Positions 24,719-33,243 are shown, counted from the first letter of the stretch. The stretch: DNA of 34,632 bases from Dehalococcoidia bacterium (GCA_036446335.1 JAZFSU010000280.1:1-34632), one strand, 5' to 3'. Numbers and translations are program-made. The notes: generated by a model from the letters alone, not told the origin.

Positions 24719-27589
24719 ATGAGCATACCAAGATTCCCCATCTCTACCTACAGACTGCAACTCAGCGGGTGCTTCCGATTCGAAGATGCCCGAGCGATCG
24801 TTTCATATCTCAACCAGTTGGGCATCTCCGACATATACACTTCCCCCATACTCAAGGCCCGTCGAGGTAGTCTCCACGGCTACGATACCACTGATCCGCT
24901 GTCCCTCAACCCTGAACTCGGAGGGGAGCAGGCATTTGACGAACTGGTCCGGGCGCTCAAGGCCAACGACATGGGCCTGCTGCTCGACATTGTTCCCAAC
25001 CACTTGGCCGCGAGCTCGGACAACACGTGGTGGATGGATGTCCTGGAGAATGGACGGGCCTCCCCCTATGTGGCCTACTTCGATATCGATTGGGCTCCTG
25101 TAGGCGACACCCGGCAATACAGAGTGCTCCTGCCCATACTGGCCAGCCACTACCATGAGGCGCTTGCAAGCGGAGAAATCCGCCTGGGGCTGCTAGACGC
25201 CGACCTCGTTGTCTGGTGCCATGACATCAGATTGCCTATCGCCGTCAAGTCCTATCGCCATGTCATCTCTCACCGACTGAGCTCTTTTGGGGACAACATC
25301 GGTACTGACCATCCGGCCTTCAGGCAACTCGCAAAATTGCTTGAGGACATCCAGCGGTTGCCCGACATCGCCGGTCTTCATCCACTAGAGGCCGCCAGAG
25401 GCCAGAGCGAGCGGCAGCTGGTCAAGGAGAGTTTCAGACGCCTCCTCAACAGTTCGGAAGAAGCAAGAGACTTCATCTTGGAGAACGTTGCCCTGTTCAC
25501 GAGCAAGAGTAGCGACCCCCGAGACTTCGCCCCCCTTGACGAGATCCTCGCCGAGCAAGCCTACGAGCTCGCGTTTTGGAGGACGGGGCTCAAAGAGATC
25601 AACTACAGGCGCTTCTTCGATGTCAGCGACCTGATAGGCGTGAGGACCGAGGATCCAAGTGTTTTCGAGGCAACCCATGCTCTGGTCCAGAAACTGGTGC
25701 GCTCGGGTTCCGCAACCGGACTGCGAATCGACCACGTTGATGGCCTGTACGATCCGTTGCAGTATTTGAGCCGCCTCCAGAATCATCTTCGACCAGAGGC
25801 CGAAACGACAGGCGGGAAGCCAGGATTCTACGTCATTGTTGAGAAGATTCTGAACGGCGACGAAACCCTTCCGGCAGAATGGTCAGTGTTCGGCACAACA
25901 GGCTACGACTTCCTGAGAACAGTAGGGGGCATATCGGTGGACGCCGACGGGATGCAGGCTCTGGAGACAGCCGATTCCAGATCGATTGGAGACACCCATG
26001 CCTTTGACGACCTGGTCTACAACAAGAAGAGGCAGGTCATCAACGAGCTTTTCGCCGGAGAACTGCGCAGCCTGGGCCGTCGCCTGGCCCGTCTTGCCGA
26101 GATGGCTCAATCTGAGGATGCGCTATCTTTGAGCCATCTGACGAAGGTCCTGGCGGCGGTCACGGCCTCCTTGCACGTATACCGCACCTACGTGCGCAAC
26201 GCCGAGCCGTCATCCCAAGACAAACGCCAGCTGGAACATGCCTTCCGGGAGGCGCGGCAGCGGGAGCCGGACTTGGACGGCCCCTCTCTCTCTTTCCTGC
26301 AGCGCGTTCTATTGCTCGACTTTCCAAGCGATCTGACAAATGAGAACAGAGGGGACTGGCTCGATTTCGTGATGCGATGGCAGCAGTTCACCGGCCCAAT
26401 CATGGCCAAGGGATTTGAAGACACCGCCCTCTATGACTACAGCCGCCTCGTCTCTTTGAATGAGGTTGGGGGGAATCCCGGGGCTGCGAGCTCATCCGTT
26501 GAGGAGTTTCACAGCGCCAACCTGGTTCGACAGGCGTCCTGGCCGTTGACCATGAATGCCACCTCCACGCACGACACGAAGAGAAGCGAGGACGTTCGAG
26601 CCAGGATCAACGTGATCTCGGAGATATCGGGCTCATGGGAGGATTGTCTGGCCCGGTGGATCAAATGGAATCAAAGCCACAAACAGAACGTGGACGGAGA
26701 ACCGGTTCCCGAACCCGACATGGAGTCGCTCATCTACCAAACGCTCATCGGTGCCTGGCCCCTGCTCACTGAGGAGCTGTCTGCGTTCAAGGAAAGGTTC
26801 GAGGCGTATGTACTCAAAGCCGCTCGGGAGGCGAAGGCCCACACGAGTTGGATCTCAGCCAATCCGGAGTATGAGCGCGCTCTGCTGGCGTTCTTGAATT
26901 CCATCCTGGACAGCTCCGATCAGAACAGGTTCCTCACCGACTTCGCTGATTTCCAGAGTAGGGTGGCATACTACGGTGCCCTCAACTCGCTGGCACAGGT
27001 CGTGCTGAAGGCCACTTCACCGGGAGTGCCGGATTTCTATCAGGGGCAGGAGCTTTGGGACCTCAGTCTGGTGGACCCGGACAATAGGCGCCCCGTGGAC
27101 TTTCAGAAACGGATCAGGTATCTCGATGACTTTGTACGTGGAGGATCGCTGCCTCGATCGCCCCTTGTTCGCGAACTGCTGAGTTCCTGGCACGATGGGC
27201 GCATCAAGCTCTATGTAACATACAAGGCCCTGAGCGTACGCAGAGCCCATCGACAACTGTTCGTAGAAGGGCGCTATGTCCCCCTGGAGGCAAAGGGCCC
27301 GAGGCGCGAGCATGTCTGCGCCTTCGCTCGATGCCACGGCAACGAATGGGTTCTGACGGTTGTCCCGCGGCTCATGACTGCTCTGGTCGACGCTGGCGCT
27401 CCTCCCGTGGGGGAACCGGTCTGGGGTGAGGGCACTTTGACTCTGCCTGAAGGCGCTCCCGACCGCTGGCGCGATGCCTTCACCGACAAGACCGTCATGA
27501 CGTCACCGGCAAGCCGGGAGCTACCACTCTCTCTCGTCTTCCGCGAGTTTCCCGTAGCCCTGCTCCTGGGATTGCCACAGGAGGCGTAA
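24719..27589 (+). CDS. treY: Malto-oligosyltrehalose synthase (GH13)
   Basis: 956 aa. STYRLQL, GISDIYTSPILKARRGSLHGYDTTDP, LLLDIVPNHLA, GLRIDHVDGL, YVIVEKIL, ATSTHDTKRSEDVRARI, LKATSPGVPDFYQGQELWD: characteristic TreY motifs. Confidence 0.9.
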   Translation: MSIPRFPISTYRLQLSGCFRFEDARAIVSYLNQLGISDIYTSPILKARRGSLHGYDTTDPLSLNPELGGEQAFDELVRALKANDMGLLLDIVPNHLAASSDNTWWMDVLENGRASPYVAYFDIDWAPVGDTRQYRVLLPILASHYHEALASGEIRLGLLDADLVVWCHDIRLPIAVKSYRHVISHRLSSFGDNIGTDHPAFRQLAKLLEDIQRLPDIAGLHPLEAARGQSERQLVKESFRRLLNSSEEARDFILENVALFTSKSSDPRDFAPLDEILAEQAYELAFWRTGLKEINYRRFFDVSDLIGVRTEDPSVFEATHALVQKLVRSGSATGLRIDHVDGLYDPLQYLSRLQNHLRPEAETTGGKPGFYVIVEKILNGDETLPAEWSVFGTTGYDFLRTVGGISVDADGMQALETADSRSIGDTHAFDDLVYNKKRQVINELFAGELRSLGRRLARLAEMAQSEDALSLSHLTKVLAAVTASLHVYRTYVRNAEPSSQDKRQLEHAFREARQREPDLDGPSLSFLQRVLLLDFPSDLTNENRGDWLDFVMRWQQFTGPIMAKGFEDTALYDYSRLVSLNEVGGNPGAASSSVEEFHSANLVRQASWPLTMNATSTHDTKRSEDVRARINVISEISGSWEDCLARWIKWNQSHKQNVDGEPVPEPDMESLIYQTLIGAWPLLTEELSAFKERFEAYVLKAAREAKAHTSWISANPEYERALLAFLNSILDSSDQNRFLTDFADFQSRVAYYGALNSLAQVVLKATSPGVPDFYQGQELWDLSLVDPDNRRPVDFQKRIRYLDDFVRGGSLPRSPLVRELLSSWHDGRIKLYVTYKALSVRRAHRQLFVEGRYVPLEAKGPRREHVCAFARCHGNEWVLTVVPRLMTALVDAGAPPVGEPVWGEGTLTLPEGAPDRWRDAFTDKTVMTSPASRELPLSLVFREFPVALLLGLPQEA

Positions 27590-27707
27590 GCTGGTGTAGC
27601 GGGTGGTGCAGCTTGCCCGTACAGTCTGCGCGTGAGATGATCTCCCCAAGGACGACTCTCCCACCTGACTCACCGTCATCCGCGACACGCAGAACGCAAG
27701 TGCGGGC

Positions 27708-29849
27708 CTAGCGCTTCTTGGCCCCGAGGGACTGAGCTGCCGGAGCGTACATCTGCTCGATATACTGCTTCATCATCCGTCGAGCACTGAAGGCCGGAAC
27801 AATCGAGCTGATTGACTCCTTGACCATTCGTATCCAGCCTTGTGGTACCCCATTCCGATCCCGATCATAGTAGAGAGGCACGATCTCGTCTTCGAGAAGG
27901 CGGTAGAGCGCCTGGGCATCTGACCCGTCTTCGTCCTCAAGGTCAGTGATTTCAGGGCCATGGCCGATAGCCCAACCGTTGGCGCCGTTGTATGCTTCGT
28001 ACCACCAGCCATCAAGCACGCTGAGATGCAGAACGCCGTTGAGGGCGGCCTTCATGCCACTGGTACCACTGGCCTCTTTCAAGCGACGGGGAACGTTGAG
28101 CCAAACGTCGACGCCCTGGACCAGGTACCGCGCCAGTTGCATATCGTAGTCCTCGATAAAGGCTATTCGACCCTGGAACTCACGATCCGCTGCCAGATTG
28201 TACACCTGCTGGAGAAGACGCTTGGACGCATCGTCGGCAGGATGTGACTTGCCCGCGAAGATGATCTGGACGGGGCGCCACTGATCAGCGATGATTCGTT
28301 TGAGGCGGGCCACATCCTGGAAGACCAGCGCCGGCCGCTTGTACTCGGCGAAACGGCGAACGAAGCCTATTGTCAGGGCCTCATCGTCCAGCAATGACCC
28401 CAACGCCAAAACCTGCTCGGCTGTTGCCCCCCCCTCGGCCCATCGCCCTTGCGCACGTTCGAGAATGAGATGCACGAGCTTCAGCTTCAGGAGCCGCCGC
28501 AATCTCCAGAAGTCCTCGGCGGGGATTTCCTCCACACGCCGCCAGTACTCCGCATCATCCTGACGATCTACCCAGTCTTCCCCCAAATACTTGTTAAACA
28601 GCCGACCCAACTCGGGCGCGTGCCAGTTCGGCACGTGAATCCCATTAGTCACGTAAGAAATCGGCACGTCGTCCACAGGAGTCTCAGGCCAGAGCCCTTG
28701 CCACATCCTGCGGGTGACTCTTCGATGGAGCCGGCTGACGGCAGTGGAATGGTCAGCTGTCTTCAACCCCAGAACTGTCATATTGAAATCCGAATCGCTG
28801 GCGCCATTCTCCTGTCCCAACCTCAAAAACGTTTCCTGGTCGACACCGAGCGATTCCCAGGGGGCATCGAAGTGGGTTGCCACCGACTCAATGGGGAAGA
28901 CATCGTGCCCGGCAGGAACCGGCGTGTGCGTAGTGAAGACAGAGGTTGCCCTCACCTTGCTGACGGCTTTGTCGAAAGCCAAACCGCCTTCCACCTCTTC
29001 GCGGATCCGTTCCAGCATCATGAAGGCAGTATGGCCTTCGTTGGCGTGCCAGACGGCAGGCTTGATGCCCAGGGCTCGCAGAACACGTACTCCGCCGATC
29101 CCCAGTACAATCTCCTGTTGAAGACGCTGTTCCCGGTCCCCGACATAGAGTCTCGCTGATAGCTGTCGATCTTCTGGCGTGTTCCCGTCAACATCGGTAT
29201 CCAGCAGATAAACACTGACCCGGCCCACGAGAACCTGCCACACAGCAATCGACAGAGTCCTGCCGTTCAGTTCGACTTTTGCCACGGGTCGGCGTTTCTC
29301 GACCGGGATGATAGGCGCCTCATAGAAGTCAAGCTTCCTGAATCTCTCCTCCTGCCAGCCCTCCGCAGATATGGTCTGGTGGAAGTACCCCTGCGGGTAC
29401 ATGAAGCCCACAGCCACCAGCGGCAGGCCCAGATCACTTGCCTCCTTGCAGATGTCTCCAGCCAGGATCCCGAGGCCACCCGCATATATGGGGAGAGACG
29501 TATGAATTGCAAACTCCATAGAGAAATAGGCGATCGGCGCTCCCACGAGGCTAGGATAGTTCGCGGCAAGCCAGGTATCTTTGGCCGTCATTTCGGCCTG
29601 GAACGCTGGCGCCACGCGATCGTAGAGGGAAAGGAAATCAGGATCATTCGCAGCCGCCCGCAACTTGTCCATGCTGATCTCGCGCAGCTGTTTCACCGGG
29701 TTGTGCCCGCCCATTTTCCACGACGGGTAGTCCAACATGCGGAACATGTCACGCGCCTGGGGGTGCCAACTCCACCAGAGATTATTGGCGAGGTCGTACA
29801 GTCTGCCGATGCGTTCGGGCAGCTTTGGGCTCAAACCTTCCTCTATCAC
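27708..29849 (-). CDS. glgP: Alpha-glucan (glycogen/maltodextrin) phosphorylase, GT35, short bacterial/archaeal type
   Basis: 713 aa. GTG start preceded by AGGAAGGGAAG. LANNLWWSWHP (DUF3417-type N-terminus), AYFSMEFA, GGLGILAGD, NEGH, FTTHTPVPAGHD, EASGTSGMKAALNG (PLP lysine). Convergent with treY. Confidence 0.9.
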   Translation of the reverse strand: MIEEGLSPKLPERIGRLYDLANNLWWSWHPQARDMFRMLDYPSWKMGGHNPVKQLREISMDKLRAAANDPDFLSLYDRVAPAFQAEMTAKDTWLAANYPSLVGAPIAYFSMEFAIHTSLPIYAGGLGILAGDICKEASDLGLPLVAVGFMYPQGYFHQTISAEGWQEERFRKLDFYEAPIIPVEKRRPVAKVELNGRTLSIAVWQVLVGRVSVYLLDTDVDGNTPEDRQLSARLYVGDREQRLQQEIVLGIGGVRVLRALGIKPAVWHANEGHTAFMMLERIREEVEGGLAFDKAVSKVRATSVFTTHTPVPAGHDVFPIESVATHFDAPWESLGVDQETFLRLGQENGASDSDFNMTVLGLKTADHSTAVSRLHRRVTRRMWQGLWPETPVDDVPISYVTNGIHVPNWHAPELGRLFNKYLGEDWVDRQDDAEYWRRVEEIPAEDFWRLRRLLKLKLVHLILERAQGRWAEGGATAEQVLALGSLLDDEALTIGFVRRFAEYKRPALVFQDVARLKRIIADQWRPVQIIFAGKSHPADDASKRLLQQVYNLAADREFQGRIAFIEDYDMQLARYLVQGVDVWLNVPRRLKEASGTSGMKAALNGVLHLSVLDGWWYEAYNGANGWAIGHGPEITDLEDEDGSDAQALYRLLEDEIVPLYYDRDRNGVPQGWIRMVKESISSIVPAFSARRMMKQYIEQMYAPAAQSLGAKKR

Positions 29850-29980
29850 TTCTTCCCTTCCTGTCCTTGATGTTGGGTCGCCTTGCGACCTGGTGTAACT
29901 CGTGGTTCAGCGATACGACGATGGTCATCCGGGCCCATATCTAAGGCCGCAGTGCGTGATCGCCACCACCATGCCCAAAC

Positions 29981-30008
29981 ATTATCGCACTTGGTACTAC
30001 TTACGCAA
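29981..30008 (-). promoter_or_regulatory. Candidate sigma70-type promoter (extended -10) for glgP
   Basis: The minus strand reads TTGCGT-16 nt-(TGC)GATAAT (plus-strand ACGCAA 30003-30008, ATTATC 29981-29986), in the relatively AT-rich spacer ~130 nt upstream of GTG 29849. Confidence 0.3.
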
Positions 30009-30115
30009 TAGCACTTTCAGCCCGATATTTATGGGTAAATGGTACTATCAGAGAATGAAGAAGGAATTACGAAAGGCCCAGAAGCAGATTACAACAGGTT
30101 AGGCAAGTATTACAA

Positions 30116-30138
30116 GTGGCTGCCGACCGGCAGGCCAC
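30116..30138 (-). terminator. Hairpin immediately downstream of the archaellin-like gene stop (candidate terminator)
   Basis: GTGGCTGCCGACCGGCAGGCCAC: a 9-bp GC-rich stem with one bulge and a 4-nt loop, ending 5 nt from the TAG at 30144-30146. On the transcribed strand it is followed by TTGTAATACTT, only a weak U tract. Confidence 0.4.
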
Positions 30139-30143
30139 GACTG

Positions 30144-30767
30144 CTAGTTGAGGATCATGTAGGCGTCGAGGGCTCCAGGCGTAGTCCTGCTGACTTTGAG
30201 CACCGCGCCCCTGGCGGGCCTTACTTCGATGTTGAACTCCTTGTAAGTACCTATGTTCTCACCAACCCCCGTCAGGTCAATCGTCAACTCCATCCTCTCT
30301 CCGGCTTCGAGGAGGTTGTCGCCATCAGTTCTGCCAACATCCGATTTCGACCATGCAATGTCGTCTTGCTGGGCGTTGACGCTGTGATACGAGACGACCA
30401 TCACGTTGCTGCTGCCGCTATCGGCAATACCGTCACTGTTGCCATCAGTTGGCGGCGTCAAATCGACCGACGCCCCGCCCAGGCTATTGGCCACCGTGAG
30501 GATCACCGACGTCAGAGTGCTCGTTCCTGTGTTTGCCGCACCAACCACGCTTCCCTCCAAAACCAGCGTAGACCGGGCTTCCTCGAGTGCCGTGAAGACG
30601 GCCTCCTGCCCTCTTTGCGAGGAGTATATCCCTGCGGACAACACGCTGTACGCAAACACAGAGGCGATAACTACAAACGCAATCAGTATGATCGCTGTTT
30701 CCAGACCGGTGATGCCTTTCTCGTCCCGATGCAGGGCAGTGATAAGCCCCTTCCACACCCGGATCAT
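30144..30767 (-). CDS. Archaellin-like protein (archaeal flagellin / type IV pilin-like, class III signal peptide)
   Basis: ORF 30144..30836; ATG 30767 is preferred (GTGGAGGCAAAGCG-ATG gives a GGAGG SD). MIRVWKGLITALHRDEKG|ITGLETAIILIAFVVIASVFAYSVLSAG..SQRGQE is the archaellin/archaeal pilin prepilin motif plus a hydrophobic N-terminal helix. The C-terminal EFNIEVRPARGAVLKVSRTTP matches the archaellin-domain ending. ~207 aa. Confidence 0.8.
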   Translation of the reverse strand: MIRVWKGLITALHRDEKGITGLETAIILIAFVVIASVFAYSVLSAGIYSSQRGQEAVFTALEEARSTLVLEGSVVGAANTGTSTLTSVILTVANSLGGASVDLTPPTDGNSDGIADSGSSNVMVVSYHSVNAQQDDIAWSKSDVGRTDGDNLLEAGERMELTIDLTGVGENIGTYKEFNIEVRPARGAVLKVSRTTPGALDAYMILN

Positions 30768-30905
30768 CGCTTTGCCTCCACTTTGCAGGTTTCTCGTGGC
30801 TTCATCTTTGACGTCCACTGGCCCGACGCGGCGCACCTGTCACTCCGTCGGCTCTTCACGCCCGGCCGGAATAACCAGCCGGTAGTACCAGTACATCCGT
30901 CTAAA

Positions 30906-30934
30906 CTTATACAGCACATCGTACGTCGCTACAA
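30906..30934 (-). promoter_or_regulatory. Candidate sigma70-type promoter for the archaellin-like gene
   Basis: The minus strand reads TTGTAG-17 nt-TATAAG (plus-strand CTACAA 30929-30934, CTTATA 30906-30911), ~140 nt upstream of ATG 30767. Pattern match only. Confidence 0.3.
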
Positions 30935-31168
30935 TCACCCGAAAGAGTCAGTTCGAGCAGTACAATAGTAGCCAACAAAGACTCCCAGAAGACACCAATG
31001 CGGACGAAAGCACCAAACCGGACTCACGGCGAAACACCACCGGCCTGTGCCAACGCCCGAGCCTGGCCGAATGGCATCGCAGATCAACCATCGTGTCCTA
31101 TCCAACCCGAGTCCGCGGTCGAGGCAACGCTCCGTCGGCCGACCCAGATTGTGCAGCCGCACAAGTGC

Positions 31169-31182
31169 CAGTCCCTGGACTG
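31169..31182. repeat. Palindrome CAGTCC-CT-GGACTG
   Basis: Read directly. It shares the CAGTCC/GGACTG arms with the larger inverted repeat at 31231-31261. Confidence 0.5.
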
Positions 31183-31230
31183 ACACCTATCTTCGGACTT
31201 TCACACATATTATTTCTCACATGTCCAGTA

Positions 31231-31261
31231 TGTGCAGTCCACTGCTATTGCGGACTGCACA
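31231..31261. repeat. Perfect 10-bp inverted repeat TGTGCAGTCC-N11-GGACTGCACA
   Basis: Read directly (31231-31240 and 31252-31261). GGACT(N1-2)CACAC also recurs at 31177, 31196 and 31253. Lies in the divergent intergenic region between the archaellin-like gene and the coiled-coil gene. Confidence 0.55.
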
Positions 31262-31386
31262 CAACATCGACAGCCGGTATGAGCGAGGCACGAAGGGCGG
31301 GGCCAGACGCCGCCCGGAATGTACGTCGCCAAGTCTGGTCTGCCACAGCGGGACTAAAGTAAGCCGCAAAAAGTACACCTGTAAGA

Positions 31387-31415
31387 TTGCTTACGCCTCG
31401 TGCCCGATGCACAAT
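31387..31415 (+). promoter_or_regulatory. Candidate sigma70-type promoter for the coiled-coil gene
   Basis: TTGCTT (31387-31392)-17 nt-CACAAT (31410-31415), ~40 nt upstream of ATG 31453, which has a GGAGGTG SD. Pattern match only. Confidence 0.25.
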
Positions 31416-31452
31416 GAGTACTCAGAACCAACGTGCGCGGAGGTGTACCGCC

Positions 31453-32007
31453 ATGGACAACGAGAAGGGTCTTTCGGGACACAAACTCGGCGTGGCCAAG
31501 AACCGAGTCAATGAAGATGAATTGTCTCCTGTTGTCGGCGCGCTCACCCAGAAGATCGAGCAACTGGACGGAATAATCCGCTGCCTCGCAGAGCAGCAAT
31601 ACGACTTCGGCAAGAAGCTGAAGCAGATAGACGCCCTCGTAGGCCAGGGCAGCGGCGTCATTATCGAGGGCGAAGACGGCAAGCTGGAGCACCTGAACTC
31701 ACTGACGAAGCTTGCTGAGAGAACCATTGTGGAAGCAGACAAGCTGGCAGAGAGTATGAAGCAGGACATTGAGGAACAGGCCAAGACTGAGGCCGTCAAA
31801 GTTCTCGTGAAGGCCGAAGAGACGGCAAAAGCGGAGGGTGACAAGATAATCGACAAAGCCAAGCAGCGGGCAAAAACGGCAGCTGCCGAGGAAGCCCAGA
31901 ACATCCTGGGTGGGATAACCGAGATCAGAAACGTGTTCGAGAAGGCCTACGAGAAGGTGCTCACCAACTTGGGCGACCCCCAGGCCGAGGACAGCTCAGG
32001 CGAGTAG
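31453..32007 (+). CDS. Hypothetical coiled-coil protein (Ala/Lys/Glu-rich C-terminal half)
   Basis: ORF 31387..32007; ATG 31453 is preceded by GCGGAGGTG. The sequence is heptad-like throughout. The segment EEQAKTEAVKVLVKAEETAKAEGDKIIDKAKQRAKTAAAEEAQNIL resembles ATP-synthase stalk (b/E/H) or DivIVA-like helices, but I cannot assign a family. Confidence 0.55.
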   Translation: MDNEKGLSGHKLGVAKNRVNEDELSPVVGALTQKIEQLDGIIRCLAEQQYDFGKKLKQIDALVGQGSGVIIEGEDGKLEHLNSLTKLAERTIVEADKLAESMKQDIEEQAKTEAVKVLVKAEETAKAEGDKIIDKAKQRAKTAAAEEAQNILGGITEIRNVFEKAYEKVLTNLGDPQAEDSSGE

Positions 32008-32207
32008 AGACAGGGCCGTTTTCGCGCCACACCAGCCCCTTGTCAGGTCACGTCCGCACAGTCAAACATGTAAGCAATCCTCAGCTGCGCTTGTGATCCC
32101 TCACTGGTCTTCACCGGCCACCACGACCACGCCAGACATCGCGCAAATCAACCTCGTCGTGCCACGCCGCCTTGCCACCAGCGTCCCGCCGCACTGCTCC
32201 CGGTGAC

Positions 32208-32236
32208 TTGACGAGACACGAATGCGCAAATATCAT
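32208..32236 (+). promoter_or_regulatory. Candidate sigma70-type promoter upstream of the FAH-family gene
   Basis: TTGACG (32208-32213)-17 nt-TATCAT (32231-32236). Two further CATTGACG boxes lie at 32234-32241 and 32256-32263. Confidence 0.35.
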
Positions 32237-32374
32237 TGACGACAGCAAAGGCGCACATTGACGTCGTTCATGGCTCCGAGTCCGGAGATCTCGCCAATGC
32301 CACGTTGCAGTTGAGTCTGCTGCTTTTCCGTCACAGTGCCATTCCGGGAACAAGTCAGATTGGAGAGCGCCACC

Positions 32375-33166
32375 GTGAGAGTAGTCCGTTTTTCTGCGGG
32401 GGGCAAGACCAGATACGGGACACTGGAGGGAGATGTCGTGCGCGGGCTTCGCGGCAGCCCCTTCGCACAGGTCAAGGGCCCAAGCGCCCCCCTCAAGTAC
32501 GATGGCGGCGCCTACCCGCCAAACCAGGTGAAGCTGCACCCTCCCTGCACACCATCAAAGATCGTTTGCGTGGGTTTGAACTACCGCAGCCACGCGGAGG
32601 AGACAAAGCTGCCCCTGCCATCATTGCCGCTGATCTTCCTGAAGCCGTCCACCGCCATCATCGGGCCAGAGGACAACGTCGTCCTGCCCCCGGACTCGAG
32701 GCGCGTGGACTACGAGGCCGAGCTGGGTGTGGTCATCGGCAGGCAAGCAAAAGACGTGCCGCGCGACAGGGCAAGGGCACACATACTCGGCTACACTTGC
32801 GTCAACGATGTCACGGAACGGCACATCCAGAAAGCGGATGGCCAGTGGACAAGGGCCAAGGGCTACGACACGTTCGCCCCGATAGGACCATGCATCGAGA
32901 CCGAGATCGAGCCGGACGACCTGAAGATCGAAACGCGCCTCAACGGCGAGCTTCGTCAATCCGCCCGCACCAGCGACCTCATCTTCGGCATAGACGAGTT
33001 GGTGGCATTTGTCTCGAGCGTGATGACGCTGCTGCCCGGCGACATCGTCGCCACCGGCACTCCGTCCGGCATCGGCCGCATGAATGCTGGAGACGTGGTC
33101 GAGGTCACGATAGAGGGCATTGGGACACTGAGGAACTTCGTCATCGGCCACGACCAAGCGTCCTGA
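32375..33166 (+). CDS. Fumarylacetoacetate hydrolase (FAH) family protein
   Basis: ORF 32336..33166; GTG 32375 is preferred (GGAGAG 7 nt upstream; the N-terminus VRVVRFSAGGKTRYGTLEG is typical). Motifs: KIVCVGLNYRSHAEE, FLKPSTA, DYEAELGVVIG, GYTCVNDVT.R, KGYDTFAPIGP, LLPGDIVATGTPSGIG. Confidence 0.85.
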   Translation: MRVVRFSAGGKTRYGTLEGDVVRGLRGSPFAQVKGPSAPLKYDGGAYPPNQVKLHPPCTPSKIVCVGLNYRSHAEETKLPLPSLPLIFLKPSTAIIGPEDNVVLPPDSRRVDYEAELGVVIGRQAKDVPRDRARAHILGYTCVNDVTERHIQKADGQWTRAKGYDTFAPIGPCIETEIEPDDLKIETRLNGELRQSARTSDLIFGIDELVAFVSSVMTLLPGDIVATGTPSGIGRMNAGDVVEVTIEGIGTLRNFVIGHDQAS

Positions 33167-33243
33167 TGGCCGTACCCGTTTCCAGGGCCGCGTGTGTCCG
33201 GCAAACTGCGTGGCCGGACCAAGTCTTCAGCAACAGGACAGCG

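Noticed and set aside
29992-30890. 9-mer TGGTACTAC (29992-30000) and its reverse complement (30882-30890) flanking the archaellin-like gene, plus TGGTACTAT at 30040. I considered invertible-segment or transposition boundaries.
   Set aside because: A rough estimate gives on the order of one or two inverted 9-mer pairs by chance in any ~1-kb stretch. The repeats do not extend, and no recombinase gene is adjacent.
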